A stretch of DNA of 64,000 nt, taken from IMG/VR virus record IMGVR_UViG_3300033997_000077, positions 65,993 through 129,992 of that record; one strand, written 5' to 3'. Positions 48,107 to 57,621 of this stretch are shown piece after piece (positions within the stretch are counted from its first letter, which is position 1; each line of letters starts with the position of its first letter). The notes below the pieces were generated by a model. That model did no database searches, was not told the origin of the DNA, and was given only the letters and a program-made list of their open reading frames with translations. Source of the DNA: a virus. A program made the translations under genes and the position numbers.

Positions 48107-48992
48107 TGGGCACCCCGTGCGTGCCTTTCACACCACGTTCCCCCTCTGGGCACTTGCGGTTGCTGCGATTGTGCTGCGGCTTACCGCGAGGCTTGCCACC
48201 AGTGCGGCGCTTCTTCGGCTGGCGGTGAATGTCGGTCGGGCAGATCAGCGCGTCGTCCGGCTTCTTGGAGGCGAACAGGTAGAACTCGATCTCCGGATGC
48301 GCTTCGGCTGCGGTGGTAACGAGTTCAACCAGCTGCATGAAAGGCACGCCACCGATTGCACCATACAGGCGCGGGATCCCGACGCGAGCAGGGCGACCCA
48401 GCTGCTGATACTTCGGCTGGCCCTTCACCTGAGTGGCGAGACCTTTGAAGCACGAATCGAACACGTTGCGATGGAAGCGCGGACGCGGAACCGGATTACC
48501 TTTCGAGGTGCTGAAGTCACGGCTATCACCGTGCGGGCCATAGTCGGCAAACATGTAGGCGACCATCGGTGCGTCCGTGCGGTCGGCCCCAACCTTCAAG
48601 GGCGCAAGCAACGACATACCGGTCACCATCGACACGTAGTCTTGCTTGTTGTCTTCGGCGTGCTTCTTCATCATTGCCGTCAGCTTCAGGTAGCTGTCTT
48701 TGGCGCTGGGGAAGTCCTGCCCGATAAACTTGGAACTCGGAGTAGTGCCCCACTTGACACGCGGCATGCACTCCACACCAGCAACGTCGATCAGGCCAGC
48801 GCGAACTGCGGTGCCCGCAATCCCACCGACGCAGATAAACACGTTGTCAGATACCTTTTGGATTTCACCCATACCGCGCTTGACGGCAGTGGTGGCAGCA
48901 GTGACTTCGCGCGGCATCTTGGGGGCTTTGCTCGCCACCTTGCTACCAACACCGTTAGTTACCAGCTCTTGAAGTTTGTTCATGTCTACCAT
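48096..48992 (-). CDS. divergent macrodomain-like protein (Poa1p/TARG1/DarG-like)
   Basis: FIGQDFPSAKDSY, VAYMFADYG, FDSCFKGL and VGIPRLYGAIGGVPF resemble the IAxPRIGxGxGGxxW macrodomain motif. Confidence 0.45.
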   Translation of the reverse strand: MVDMNKLQELVTNGVGSKVASKAPKMPREVTAATTAVKRGMGEIQKVSDNVFICVGGIAGTAVRAGLIDVAGVECMPRVKWGTTPSSKFIGQDFPSAKDSYLKLTAMMKKHAEDNKQDYVSMVTGMSLLAPLKVGADRTDAPMVAYMFADYGPHGDSRDFSTSKGNPVPRPRFHRNVFDSCFKGLATQVKGQPKYQQLGRPARVGIPRLYGAIGGVPFMQLVELVTTAAEAHPEIEFYLFASKKPDDALICPTDIHRQPKKRRTGGKPRGKPQHNRSNRKCPEGERGVKGTHGVPNGQ

Positions 48993-48996
48993 GATT

Positions 48997-49965
48997 TTAT
49001 GCCCCGAACAGTGAGTTGAATTTATATTTACGGCGCAGCTTAGTCATTGCTGCGATCCGCTCTTCCGTGAGTTTCGCGCGCTCGAACGCGCTTGCTTTCT
49101 TCGGCACAGACTTGATGCGACAGTCCAACTTGATCAGGCTGGTCAGCATGTCTGGGCTCATTGGCAGGTTGCCTTCACGCAATGCCTTCACCGACTTCAC
49201 CGCTTCCGGATTCTCGATAACCTGCGAGAACGAGCCGAACTTGGTAATCAGTTTGATTGCGGTCTTCTCCCCTACGCCGGGAATTCCCGGCACGTTGTCC
49301 ACGACGTCGCCGCACATGGCGAGGTAATCAACGATGCGCTCGGGCGGCACACCGTACACGTCAATGCAATCTTGCGAGCTGCGGAGTATGCGCTCAGGGG
49401 ACTGTCCGATTGCTGGGTGTACGATTTCGGTGTTGGGGAATATCAACAGCTGGGCCGCATCCTTATCGCGCGTGTGGAGGTGCACGACAACGTTGGGGCG
49501 CTTGCTGAAGTTGCGGGCAATGGTGCCGAGAATGTCATCGGCTTCTGCATCGGAATCCCCAATGCAAGGGAACCCAGAAGTCTCCAACATTTCAAGCAGC
49601 ACTTTGGTCTGGAAGCGGATAGATTCACGCTTCTCCTGATCGATGGTGCGCTTGCCCTTGTAGTAAAGCTCCTGCGGCGGAACACCTAACTCCTTGGCGC
49701 GATCTTCCGCCCACGGCTTAACCATCAAGTATCGCCAGCTCTTAACGCGAGAGCAGTCAACGGCGAACACCAAGTGGTGCTTCTCTCCTTTCTTTTTCGT
49801 TTCGCGGATCTTGCCGAGCAGGGATTCAACCATGTTGATGAAAACCTTCACGGCCCCTATGGGTTTGCCGTTGACTGTCATGTCTTCAGGACGAACCACG
49901 TGGTAAGCGCGGTGCAGCCAGTTACTCAAGTCAATGGCATGGATGTGATAGACTACATTTTTCAT
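48997..49965 (-). CDS. 5'-3' exonuclease (flap endonuclease / Pol I N-domain-like)
   Basis: IDLSNWLHRAYH, YKGKR, EADDILGT, TRDKD, GDVVDNVPGIPGVGEKTA. Confidence 0.9.
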   Translation of the reverse strand: MKNVVYHIHAIDLSNWLHRAYHVVRPEDMTVNGKPIGAVKVFINMVESLLGKIRETKKKGEKHHLVFAVDCSRVKSWRYLMVKPWAEDRAKELGVPPQELYYKGKRTIDQEKRESIRFQTKVLLEMLETSGFPCIGDSDAEADDILGTIARNFSKRPNVVVHLHTRDKDAAQLLIFPNTEIVHPAIGQSPERILRSSQDCIDVYGVPPERIVDYLAMCGDVVDNVPGIPGVGEKTAIKLITKFGSFSQVIENPEAVKSVKALREGNLPMSPDMLTSLIKLDCRIKSVPKKASAFERAKLTEERIAAMTKLRRKYKFNSLFGA

Positions 49966-50402
49966 TGAGCATCCCGTATGAAGTGGACAGCATAATCGCC
50001 GTACCACGCAGCGCCTTCCTGTGCGCGCAACGCGTCGGCCATCATGTTCACCCGCGAACCGACAACGAGAGTTCGCAAGCACTCGAATTCGTGCATCCAA
50101 TACAACTGGTACAAGCACGACTGCCCATCGTAGACTAATGGATGGTCAAACTTCGGTAGCATCTTTGGGCTAAGCATCGACACCACTGAAGTCGGAACAT
50201 CGAACTTTGGAAGCAAGAGCCTATAGAGTCGGAGATAGAGATTCGACTTGTAGACCCAAGCCCCATCCGGTATGTGATCGAAAACAACAATCACTCCGTC
50301 AGGTGCAAGCAAACGCAAGCAGTCTTTCTCTGAACCCGCATCGCAGAACACCATGTCGTAAACACCACGGTGCTTCGACAACTTACAGGTTAAGAATTTC
50401 AT
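49962..50402 (-). CDS. hypothetical protein (weak methyltransferase-like segment)
   Basis: YDMVFCD...LLAPDGVIV; GGGGAG RBS. Confidence 0.5.
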   Translation of the reverse strand: MKFLTCKLSKHRGVYDMVFCDAGSEKDCLRLLAPDGVIVVFDHIPDGAWVYKSNLYLRLYRLLLPKFDVPTSVVSMLSPKMLPKFDHPLVYDGQSCLYQLYWMHEFECLRTLVVGSRVNMMADALRAQEGAAWYGDYAVHFIRDAQ

Positions 50403-50576
50403 ACTCCCCCGATTTGCAGTACCGCCCGACGTAGATTATTTACAGATTCAGGCGGCAACTGTGCATACAGCTCCTCACGGTCTTCACGCGCCACGCAGTT
50501 GACAACGTACATTGCGCAGTACACGACGGAGTTTGTATGGAGCAGGTTCAGACAACAAGTGACGTGTCTGGAAACG

Positions 50577-50600
50577 AAAAGAGGGCCCGAAGGCCCCCTT
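50577..50600 (-). terminator. intrinsic terminator with UUCG loop
   Basis: GGGCC-TTCG-GGCCC followed by TCTTTT on the - strand. Confidence 0.75.
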
Positions 50601-50613
50601 AGATCTGGTCGGA

Positions 50614-50982
50614 TTAATTCCATTCAGAGTCTGCCGTCTCGCTGGGGTCGCTTACCCCAACGGTGATAACCACGACGGATTCCTTGCCGACCTTGATCTC
50701 GATAACGTCCATCGGGGCCGCATCGAATTCGAGTCCGAGTTCTTCAACCCAGTTGCTGACGACTTCGGTACACTGCGGATAGTCAACGCCGAGTTCAGCG
50801 CTGCCGTCGCCGAGGATCATGCCAACCGCGTGCTCCATCTGCTCTTCACCAGCAGCATAGGCTTGCAGTCTCTCGCACGCACCCAGCACGTTTTCACCCA
50901 GCGGAGTGAACACGAAGTGAAGGCCAGTACCTTTGCCTTCATACAGACGCAGACCACCTTCAATAAGGGACGACTTGATCAT
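50614..50982 (-). CDS. acidic hypothetical protein
   Basis: 122 aa, ATGA-coupled. Confidence 0.65.
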   Translation of the reverse strand: MIKSSLIEGGLRLYEGKGTGLHFVFTPLGENVLGACERLQAYAAGEEQMEHAVGMILGDGSAELGVDYPQCTEVVSNWVEELGLEFDAAPMDVIEIKVGKESVVVITVGVSDPSETADSEWN

Positions 50983-51305
50983 ACAGACTTCTCCATTTCC
51001 ATAACTACAGTGATTGCTTTCACCAGCGCCGCTTTGTCGGTCAGCATCAGTTGGTGATAGAAGTGAGTTGCGCTATCAGCACTGTTTACGTTCTTGGCTG
51101 CAACGATGTCGTTGGCGGTGTAGGCCAGCTCGTTGGTGATAACGAGGATGTCCTTGTCTCCGAACACCTGTCGCAGTTCAGCTAACGCAACGCCAATGTT
51201 GAGGGGGACATCAGCGTGCACCAGTGCATCTACTACGTGGGTATCTGCCATCGCCTTGTCGGTGACCAGCAGATTGACAAGCTCTTGAGCTTTATTATCC
51301 TGCAT
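50979..51305 (-). CDS. hypothetical protein
   Basis: 108 aa, coupled. Confidence 0.65.
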   Translation of the reverse strand: MQDNKAQELVNLLVTDKAMADTHVVDALVHADVPLNIGVALAELRQVFGDKDILVITNELAYTANDIVAAKNVNSADSATHFYHQLMLTDKAALVKAITVVMEMEKSV

Positions 51306-51663
51306 AGTTGGATACCTTAACGTTACTGCCTATTTGAGCCGTAAGGAATTCGGCCCACTCCTGAGCACTGCGCGTTTCTCTTGAGGTCACGACGACCGAT
51401 ACGACTTTGAGGAACGCAGCAGCTTCTTCACCAGAATGCAGATCCGCAATCTTGGTGAGAATCTTTGAGGCGGGATCCGGTGCCATCGGGTTGACGAGCG
51501 CAATGAAGGGCGTGCCGACTGGCGTGCCCTGCTGCCCATACATTGGATGGCGAATCCCGACGAACACGTGGGAGTCAGGGATCTCGATCTCGAAAGAGAC
51601 GTTGTGATTCCCAGCCTCCTTGTAGAAGTCGGCAAGCGAGCCGCGCGTCAGCGAGATCATCAC
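51295..51663 (-). CDS. hypothetical protein
   Basis: 122 aa; GAGG RBS. Confidence 0.65.
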   Translation of the reverse strand: MMISLTRGSLADFYKEAGNHNVSFEIEIPDSHVFVGIRHPMYGQQGTPVGTPFIALVNPMAPDPASKILTKIADLHSGEEAAAFLKVVSVVVTSRETRSAQEWAEFLTAQIGSNVKVSNYAG

Positions 51664-52286
51664 TTACCTCGCAGAGCGCGATACGCGACAACGTTGGGGA
51701 ACTTGTCGGCCAACTCTTTTGGTGCGCTGCTGTGCCAGCTGAGATAGCTAACTTGGCGCAGCTGCATGAACTGCGAGTTGAGAAAGTCGAACGCGTCGGC
51801 TGAATCAAAACACTGCCGAGAAGTCATCGCGACTTCCATCTCACTGAAGCGCGCAGCTCCGAGGTTCAGAACTTTGCGCAGCCCAGTGGGGTTGAGCTTG
51901 GTACGCAATGCGGCGACAAACGCCCCGTTGTTCACAAACTTGTCGAGCAGGATGCTCGCAACGGATGCGGCAACGGCGTTACTGGATACGATCTTGGCGA
52001 TTGCCCACACGAACGCCGTTTCCACTTCCGGATAGTCGCTAGACAGCGACCAGCTCGGCATGTAACGAGCGATGAACTCGTTAATGCTCTTGGCCGCACT
52101 GTGGTAGGTGCTGTGGATAGTACCGCGATCCAAATAGATGTAGGTACATGCCTCCACAAATCTCCCACGCATTTGTTCCCACTCAGCGTCAGGGACTTCC
52201 GGCCCGTTAGCAAGCAGATCCAAAAGCGCAAGAGTCGGAGAAGTTGGGGAGTCTTGCTCCCCTTTCTTAAACCATGATTTGAACAT
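51660..52286 (-). CDS. hypothetical protein
   Basis: ~208 aa; GAGGG RBS. Confidence 0.65.
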   Translation of the reverse strand: MFKSWFKKGEQDSPTSPTLALLDLLANGPEVPDAEWEQMRGRFVEACTYIYLDRGTIHSTYHSAAKSINEFIARYMPSWSLSSDYPEVETAFVWAIAKIVSSNAVAASVASILLDKFVNNGAFVAALRTKLNPTGLRKVLNLGAARFSEMEVAMTSRQCFDSADAFDFLNSQFMQLRQVSYLSWHSSAPKELADKFPNVVAYRALRGK

Positions 52287-52294
52287 GACGACCC

Positions 52295-54202
52295 TCAATA
52301 CAAACGTAGCATTGCACGCTGCTCACGCGGACTTGCTTTGCGGGAAACAGCAGCGTTAGACAGCAGAGGGTTAGCTCCCTGCTTGTCTATGTTCTTTACA
52401 GATTTGTAGATCGCATTGTTGGCGCGGTCGTTGGCAGCACGTTGGTCTAACAGGTACTTCTTCTTGCCTGTCTTACCGTACTCGAACATCTCACTGAGGT
52501 GGCCGAAGTCACGGTCTTTCAGTGAGAGACGACGTTGGCCGCCAAGCACACCGCCGAACGGTTCGGCGCTTGAGAACGATCCGCCGCCCTCGTCGCCGTC
52601 CTCTTTCGGCCCGTACTTCTTCTTCAGCTCCGCGTTGCGCTTTTGGTAGTCGTAGATCTTACGCTGCATCGCCAAGTTTTCATCTTGGTCACCAACCATC
52701 TGATCCAGACTGTATCCGCCAGCCGCCGCGATTGCACGAATCGGTACAGGTACGCCCATTTCGGTCAACGCACGTAGCGCTTCCATCTGACCTTGATCGC
52801 TTTCCGGACGCAGCTTCTTCGTCCAGTGCACGGTCGGGATAAACAACTTGGAGCCGTCTTGCATGCGCTCCATGATGTCCATCGCATCGCCCTTCATCAT
52901 GCCAGACTTCTTGACCACGTTGCCGCTACGGTTCACGGCCAGCCCGTTGATTACGGCTACCAGCGGGAAGATTTTCTCGTAGAACAGGCGGCGGGTCAAG
53001 TCATTACGGGAAGCCGCAAGGCTCTCCATGAATGCCATCATTCCGGTCTCGCCGTTGGCGAACGTTGCATCGCCAGACAGCAGGGCTTCGCTGGCACCCA
53101 GCGCACGTAACTTGTATTGCGTGGTGGTATCCCAGATGTCGGTGATCTTCCAGAAGTCGCCGCCTTGACGGAACTCGTTCACCTGCACGCCCATGCGAGT
53201 TGCGATCACCGCACCGATAGGATCCGCATCCGCAGCCAACAGCAAGTCGGTTACGTATTGCAGTTCCTCAACGCTGGGCTCCCACTCCATCCCGTCGCCG
53301 AGCTGAGCGTGAAGGATACCACGTTGACGTCGGCCACTTTCGATCAGCGTGCCACGGTACAGGTTCTTTTCAATCAGCCACACCGGAAGGATCCGGCGAT
53401 ACACCGACTGGCCCGCGCCCGTACTGTACGGACGACGAGGCAACCAGATTGTACCGAGCGGGTCGAGTTCAATCTTCTCGCCACCGTCGATCTTGGCGCA
53501 CAGGTCGCTGCCGATGTATTCGCGGAGGCGCTTGATCCGGTCGTTGTCACGCTGCATCACGGTACGCGTTTCTTCCGGCACGTTCCACTCCAAGATTGGG
53601 TCTTGGTTGTTGAACGGCAGCGGGTACACGTCGATGTGGTCGTAGCGGTGGCACATGAGGTCGAGGAATTTCTTCTGCTGCTTGTTATACAGCATCGACG
53701 ACACGTGAGCACCAGTAACCATCCGATCAGTGGTGATTGCCGGAAGCATACTGCCGATCTTCAGGCGCTCGTTTGTTTCGTAGTAGGGCTCAAGCAACGC
53801 ATCCTTGGCCCCGCCGAACGTGTAGTCCGAATAGGGCAACGTGCTGAACATGTCCACGAACGAGCCGCCGATGGGATCGAAGTTGTAGATGTCGCGATAG
53901 ATGTTGAAGAGGAACTTGTCGTCGGTGTCGTAGGCCATGCCTTCGAGCAACGGATCGACGTCGATGTCCAATGCCACTGCGCCGAACTGAGTATTGCCGA
54001 TTGCACTACCTGAGCCAGCACCAGCGGCAGAGGTGGACGCAACGCGGCCCCCATACTGCTCATGCTTAGCGCGTTCGCGCATCGTCTTCACCAACTTGTT
54101 GAGGGCCGCATCACTTGACGCGACCCCAATTTGGCGCTTACTCGATTCCGGCGCAGCTCCGCGATGTCTGAAATCGCTCTGTGCCTTGAATGAGATTCCC
54201 AT
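52295..54202 (-). CDS. putative portal protein
   Basis: 635 aa just downstream of the large terminase; portal-like pattern (IYRDIY..DPI.GS.VD, KLRALGASEALLSGDATFAN); positional inference. Confidence 0.55.
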   Translation of the reverse strand: MGISFKAQSDFRHRGAAPESSKRQIGVASSDAALNKLVKTMRERAKHEQYGGRVASTSAAGAGSGSAIGNTQFGAVALDIDVDPLLEGMAYDTDDKFLFNIYRDIYNFDPIGGSFVDMFSTLPYSDYTFGGAKDALLEPYYETNERLKIGSMLPAITTDRMVTGAHVSSMLYNKQQKKFLDLMCHRYDHIDVYPLPFNNQDPILEWNVPEETRTVMQRDNDRIKRLREYIGSDLCAKIDGGEKIELDPLGTIWLPRRPYSTGAGQSVYRRILPVWLIEKNLYRGTLIESGRRQRGILHAQLGDGMEWEPSVEELQYVTDLLLAADADPIGAVIATRMGVQVNEFRQGGDFWKITDIWDTTTQYKLRALGASEALLSGDATFANGETGMMAFMESLAASRNDLTRRLFYEKIFPLVAVINGLAVNRSGNVVKKSGMMKGDAMDIMERMQDGSKLFIPTVHWTKKLRPESDQGQMEALRALTEMGVPVPIRAIAAAGGYSLDQMVGDQDENLAMQRKIYDYQKRNAELKKKYGPKEDGDEGGGSFSSAEPFGGVLGGQRRLSLKDRDFGHLSEMFEYGKTGKKKYLLDQRAANDRANNAIYKSVKNIDKQGANPLLSNAAVSRKASPREQRAMLRLY

Positions 54203-54205
54203 GCC

Positions 54206-54454
54206 TTACTCTCCCAGCGGGACGGGCATCGTCACCGCGCACTCACTGCAAAAGCGTGCCGGAACACCGCCAACCAACTCGGCGGCTACGGTCGGGCGCT
54301 TGCACTTCGGGCAGTTGGTCACGCTCTCAACGTGGAGTGCGGATTCCGACAACATGTTGCTATCCGTAATGCGTGGATCGATGTCAACGCCTTGGGCTTT
54401 CGCCTGCCGCGCCGCCAGCACATTTGCAGCTGGGTTGTTGAACTTGGTCGTCAT
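54206..54454 (-). CDS. small Zn-ribbon protein
   Basis: CPKC...FCSEC; GGAG RBS. Confidence 0.65.
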   Translation of the reverse strand: MTTKFNNPAANVLAARQAKAQGVDIDPRITDSNMLSESALHVESVTNCPKCKRPTVAAELVGGVPARFCSECAVTMPVPLGE

Positions 54455-57400
54455 TTTGCTCTCCTTGAACTGAGTACCGCTGTGAAATTACCAATGGTTC
54501 CGCTGCGCGCCTGCGTGCCGCTGCTGGTGCCGATTGCTTTGGCACTGCCTATCACGGCGAGGCGTTGCGGGTTTCGGTCGATGTGCTTGTTAGGGCTATT
54601 TACAAGAAACGGTGCGTAGTCCGGACTGTTGAGTCCATACGTCGCCAACGCTGTTGCCCGCCACAAGTCATCCGTCAGCCCCACACCTTTGAGAACCTGA
54701 TTGCGGCTATCTTGGATAGTGACAAGTTGATACATGAAGTGTTCGACTGGCTTGTTGGCAAAGCACGCTGGGTAGTTCGTCAGATCCTGATCGTGCAGCA
54801 GCTCGATTACAGACTTCACGTATTGCGAACGTGGGTACGAGAAGGTGCCGCCTTGCATCTGGTTCTTGACGTCCCACATGTCGCTGTACTTCAGCGAATA
54901 CTTCTTGGCAATGTTTACGAGCCCAAGGGCCAGCGCATCTTGCAAGAGTTTCGTTGAGTTCCAACGGTCGGCCAGCAGTACCTTAACGTTGCGCGCCTTG
55001 ATCATCGGCACAATGATGTGGTCAAAGATCAACGTGTAGTTGAGAGGTTCGCCGGGACTTGGCATGATCTCAACCAGCAGGTCAACGCTCGGTATCCCGT
55101 CAACCAGCGACATACACGATAGCGCGAAGCTGTTGTTGGTTTCCCCCGCATCCATTGCCAGCACAGATGGGCGGTCGACTTGCTTGATCTTGGTGATCTT
55201 GCCGTAGGCCGTCCGCTCAACCGAGATCCCGTTACTGCGTCGGTCAGTCGATTGGTTATACACGACTTCGTTACGGCCAACTTCACGCATACACTCGTCA
55301 ACTGTGCCCGGCGAAATGAATGGGTTCGCTGACACTGGCGGTTGTGCGCCGTAGTCTCGGGCCGCTGCTATCGGGTTCTTCCGGAATTCTTCGTCCAGCA
55401 TCTCCCGCGTAACGTTCGGGTTCATCTTCCAAGTTGGCGCGTGGATGCCCAGTATCTTGTTACTGGTCTCCGCTTGCCGGACAATCTCACAGATCTTGTC
55501 TCGGAAGTCGGACGGACTACTGACGTTGAACCCATACGCCGTGTAACACATGTCGTTGCCGCTTGCGACAAGTCGGCCCTCCGCCGAACGCACGGTAAGG
55601 CAGGAACGTTCCAACGCAATCGAGACTTCGGCAGCGCCTGTCTTGATCTTGTTCTTGGAAGCATCGTTGTCGAACCAACCGATTTCATCTATCGCGTAGA
55701 AGATACGAGTTCGACCACGAAGGGTACGTTTGTCAGGGCCAGCGGGGAACACAATGAGGTTGCGATGGCGATACAGAACGAACGTGTCCCGAATCTTCAT
55801 CACCTCAACGCCGTACAGTGACTCGTAGCGTTTGATCAGCGCATGGTAACGCTGGAACCACGGGCTCGCCACGATGTAGCCGAAGTACGGCTCCCACAAT
55901 GTGTCCTTTGCCTGAGCCTGAGTCAGGGCCACGAACGTGCCTTGCAGGATCTGGTTATCACCGATGCCATACACGCGCGTCGGCTTCTGCATCTTGAGCA
56001 CACGGTGGGTCATGTAGGTCGACAGCATTGCAACCACAACGGACTTGCCGCTGTTCTCGCAAATGATGTTGTCGATCATGTAGCGTTGGCCGCTCGGCAC
56101 TTCGAACGTCCACGTGTCTTCCGGTTCGATGTCGGCTACCGCAGCATTGAACACCGCGTAGTCGCCATCGACCAGCCGCTTGAGGTAGTACAGCGGGCTA
56201 TCGATCCCGATGTTTTCGAGTGCAGACGCAAGAGACCCACGATCCCAGCGCTCGGCTGAAAAAGTGGGTTCTATGCGCAGCACGGTTTCGCGCAGCTCAC
56301 TGAAGTCGTTGTAGGCTATGGCGTCGAGCCAGAGGCTGTGGCCGTCCCGCATGATGGGCCAGCCGCACGCAATACCCAGCGACTGAACCTCTCGCGCCAG
56401 TTCCTCAGTGTCGGCCATCACGGACAGAGCGATCTCGTCGTCGGGGAACAGGGTTGCGAAGAAGGTGTGCAGCAAGGGAGCCGCGTTGGACAGCAGGTAA
56501 TCCGGCAACTGCACCATCTTGTTGTCGCGGTAGCAGCCAGCAGTCAGCGACCGGAACACGGTGTCGATAGTGGTGCCGCCTTCAACGTAAGGAACGTTGT
56601 TGTGCACCAGCATCGTGCCCATCACCGCGTGCGCCATCGTCCGCATCAGCTCGTAGTTGCGGATTGCCTTGTGGCTGTAGTTCTCGGCCAACAGTCCTTG
56701 GCGCACCATGCCTTCAGCGTACTCGCGGATCGGGAATGGTTCACCAGTGTGATAGTTGGTGGCGACAATGACAGGGGACTTGGCTGCATCTCGGAGCGGG
56801 CGATAGCTCTTGGCCCAGCCTTCGATGCCGTGGGTAGCGGTGCCTTTGATTTCGGTGCCGTTGGCAAGCGTCGCACACACCAGCTGTTCGCCAGCTTCGA
56901 TGCGTACAATCTTGTTGATCTTGAGGGGAGTGGTGTCACAGAGCGAGGCGGTAAGGCCAGCGATTTCGGTCTCACCGTATTCAGCGTCGGGCAGCAGGTC
57001 ACGCACTCGGCGCATGCCCACACCAGTAGCCAGCAGCTGGTCACCAGTAACGCAACGTTGTCCGGCGTTCACACCAAGTTCGTTGTAGAACTTGAGCTTG
57101 CCTGTGCGGAAGAACTCAGCGCGGCGGCCCTTGCATTTGGGGCACACGCCATGTTCGAGCAGAGTAACCTTCGCCAGCATTCCGGCTAAGCCTTCCTGCG
57201 GTTCGTGGTTCTCGATTTTCATCCACTCGGTGTCACTGCATATCGGGCAGTATTCACCAAACAGACGCACACCGATCAGCACCTGTTCAAGGTACGGTTC
57301 GGCGTTGAGGAATTCGGAGCCCGTGCACCAACGGTAGAAGTTGGCAGCGTCAGGCATAGAAGAGTCGTCGAACTTCAAGTCACGGGGGACGCGCGTCTTC

Positions 57401-57612
57401 TGAGCTTGCTTGATGATCTGACGGATGTCGATGGACTTTGCAGTCCCTATCTCACTGGGGACGCCTGTGTCGCCGTCGCCAATGTCTACACCCATATCCG
57501 CATCGTCAGCGGCGTCAGTACCACCTAAGCCAATCAGGAAATCAGTCGCGGCTGAACGGCGCGCTACCAAGCGGCGGCGCGCGGTCAGATCCGGCTTCTT
57601 GGATCGTGTCAT
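54451..57612 (-). CDS. terL: terminase large subunit, intein-interrupted
   Basis: Walker A GQR/SGKS split by an intein; Walker B YAIDEIG; VSSP coupling motif; nuclease LAMDAG, ADRWNS and TDDL. Confidence 0.85.
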   Translation of the reverse strand: MTRSKKPDLTARRRLVARRSAATDFLIGLGGTDAADDADMGVDIGDGDTGVPSEIGTAKSIDIRQIIKQAQKTRVPRDLKFDDSSMPDAANFYRWCTGSEFLNAEPYLEQVLIGVRLFGEYCPICSDTEWMKIENHEPQEGLAGMLAKVTLLEHGVCPKCKGRRAEFFRTGKLKFYNELGVNAGQRCVTGDQLLATGVGMRRVRDLLPDAEYGETEIAGLTASLCDTTPLKINKIVRIEAGEQLVCATLANGTEIKGTATHGIEGWAKSYRPLRDAAKSPVIVATNYHTGEPFPIREYAEGMVRQGLLAENYSHKAIRNYELMRTMAHAVMGTMLVHNNVPYVEGGTTIDTVFRSLTAGCYRDNKMVQLPDYLLSNAAPLLHTFFATLFPDDEIALSVMADTEELAREVQSLGIACGWPIMRDGHSLWLDAIAYNDFSELRETVLRIEPTFSAERWDRGSLASALENIGIDSPLYYLKRLVDGDYAVFNAAVADIEPEDTWTFEVPSGQRYMIDNIICENSGKSVVVAMLSTYMTHRVLKMQKPTRVYGIGDNQILQGTFVALTQAQAKDTLWEPYFGYIVASPWFQRYHALIKRYESLYGVEVMKIRDTFVLYRHRNLIVFPAGPDKRTLRGRTRIFYAIDEIGWFDNDASKNKIKTGAAEVSIALERSCLTVRSAEGRLVASGNDMCYTAYGFNVSSPSDFRDKICEIVRQAETSNKILGIHAPTWKMNPNVTREMLDEEFRKNPIAAARDYGAQPPVSANPFISPGTVDECMREVGRNEVVYNQSTDRRSNGISVERTAYGKITKIKQVDRPSVLAMDAGETNNSFALSCMSLVDGIPSVDLLVEIMPSPGEPLNYTLIFDHIIVPMIKARNVKVLLADRWNSTKLLQDALALGLVNIAKKYSLKYSDMWDVKNQMQGGTFSYPRSQYVKSVIELLHDQDLTNYPACFANKPVEHFMYQLVTIQDSRNQVLKGVGLTDDLWRATALATYGLNSPDYAPFLVNSPNKHIDRNPQRLAVIGSAKAIGTSSGTQARSGTIGNFTAVLSSRRAK
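56053..57054 (-). mobile_element. intein (334 aa) with degenerate LAGLIDADG endonuclease remnant
   Basis: Starts CVTGDQLL; block B GTATH; block F TWTFEV; ends IICEN followed by Ser. Confidence 0.85.
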
Positions 57613-57621
57613 GTATTACCC

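Noticed and set aside
49966-50118. N-terminal extension of the exonuclease ORF
   Set aside because: It overlaps the upstream gene; ATGA coupling and the domain start support 49965
50399-50623. 74-aa ORF
   Set aside because: It spans a clear terminator and the candidate promoter; at most a 37-aa peptide from 50512, which I cannot support
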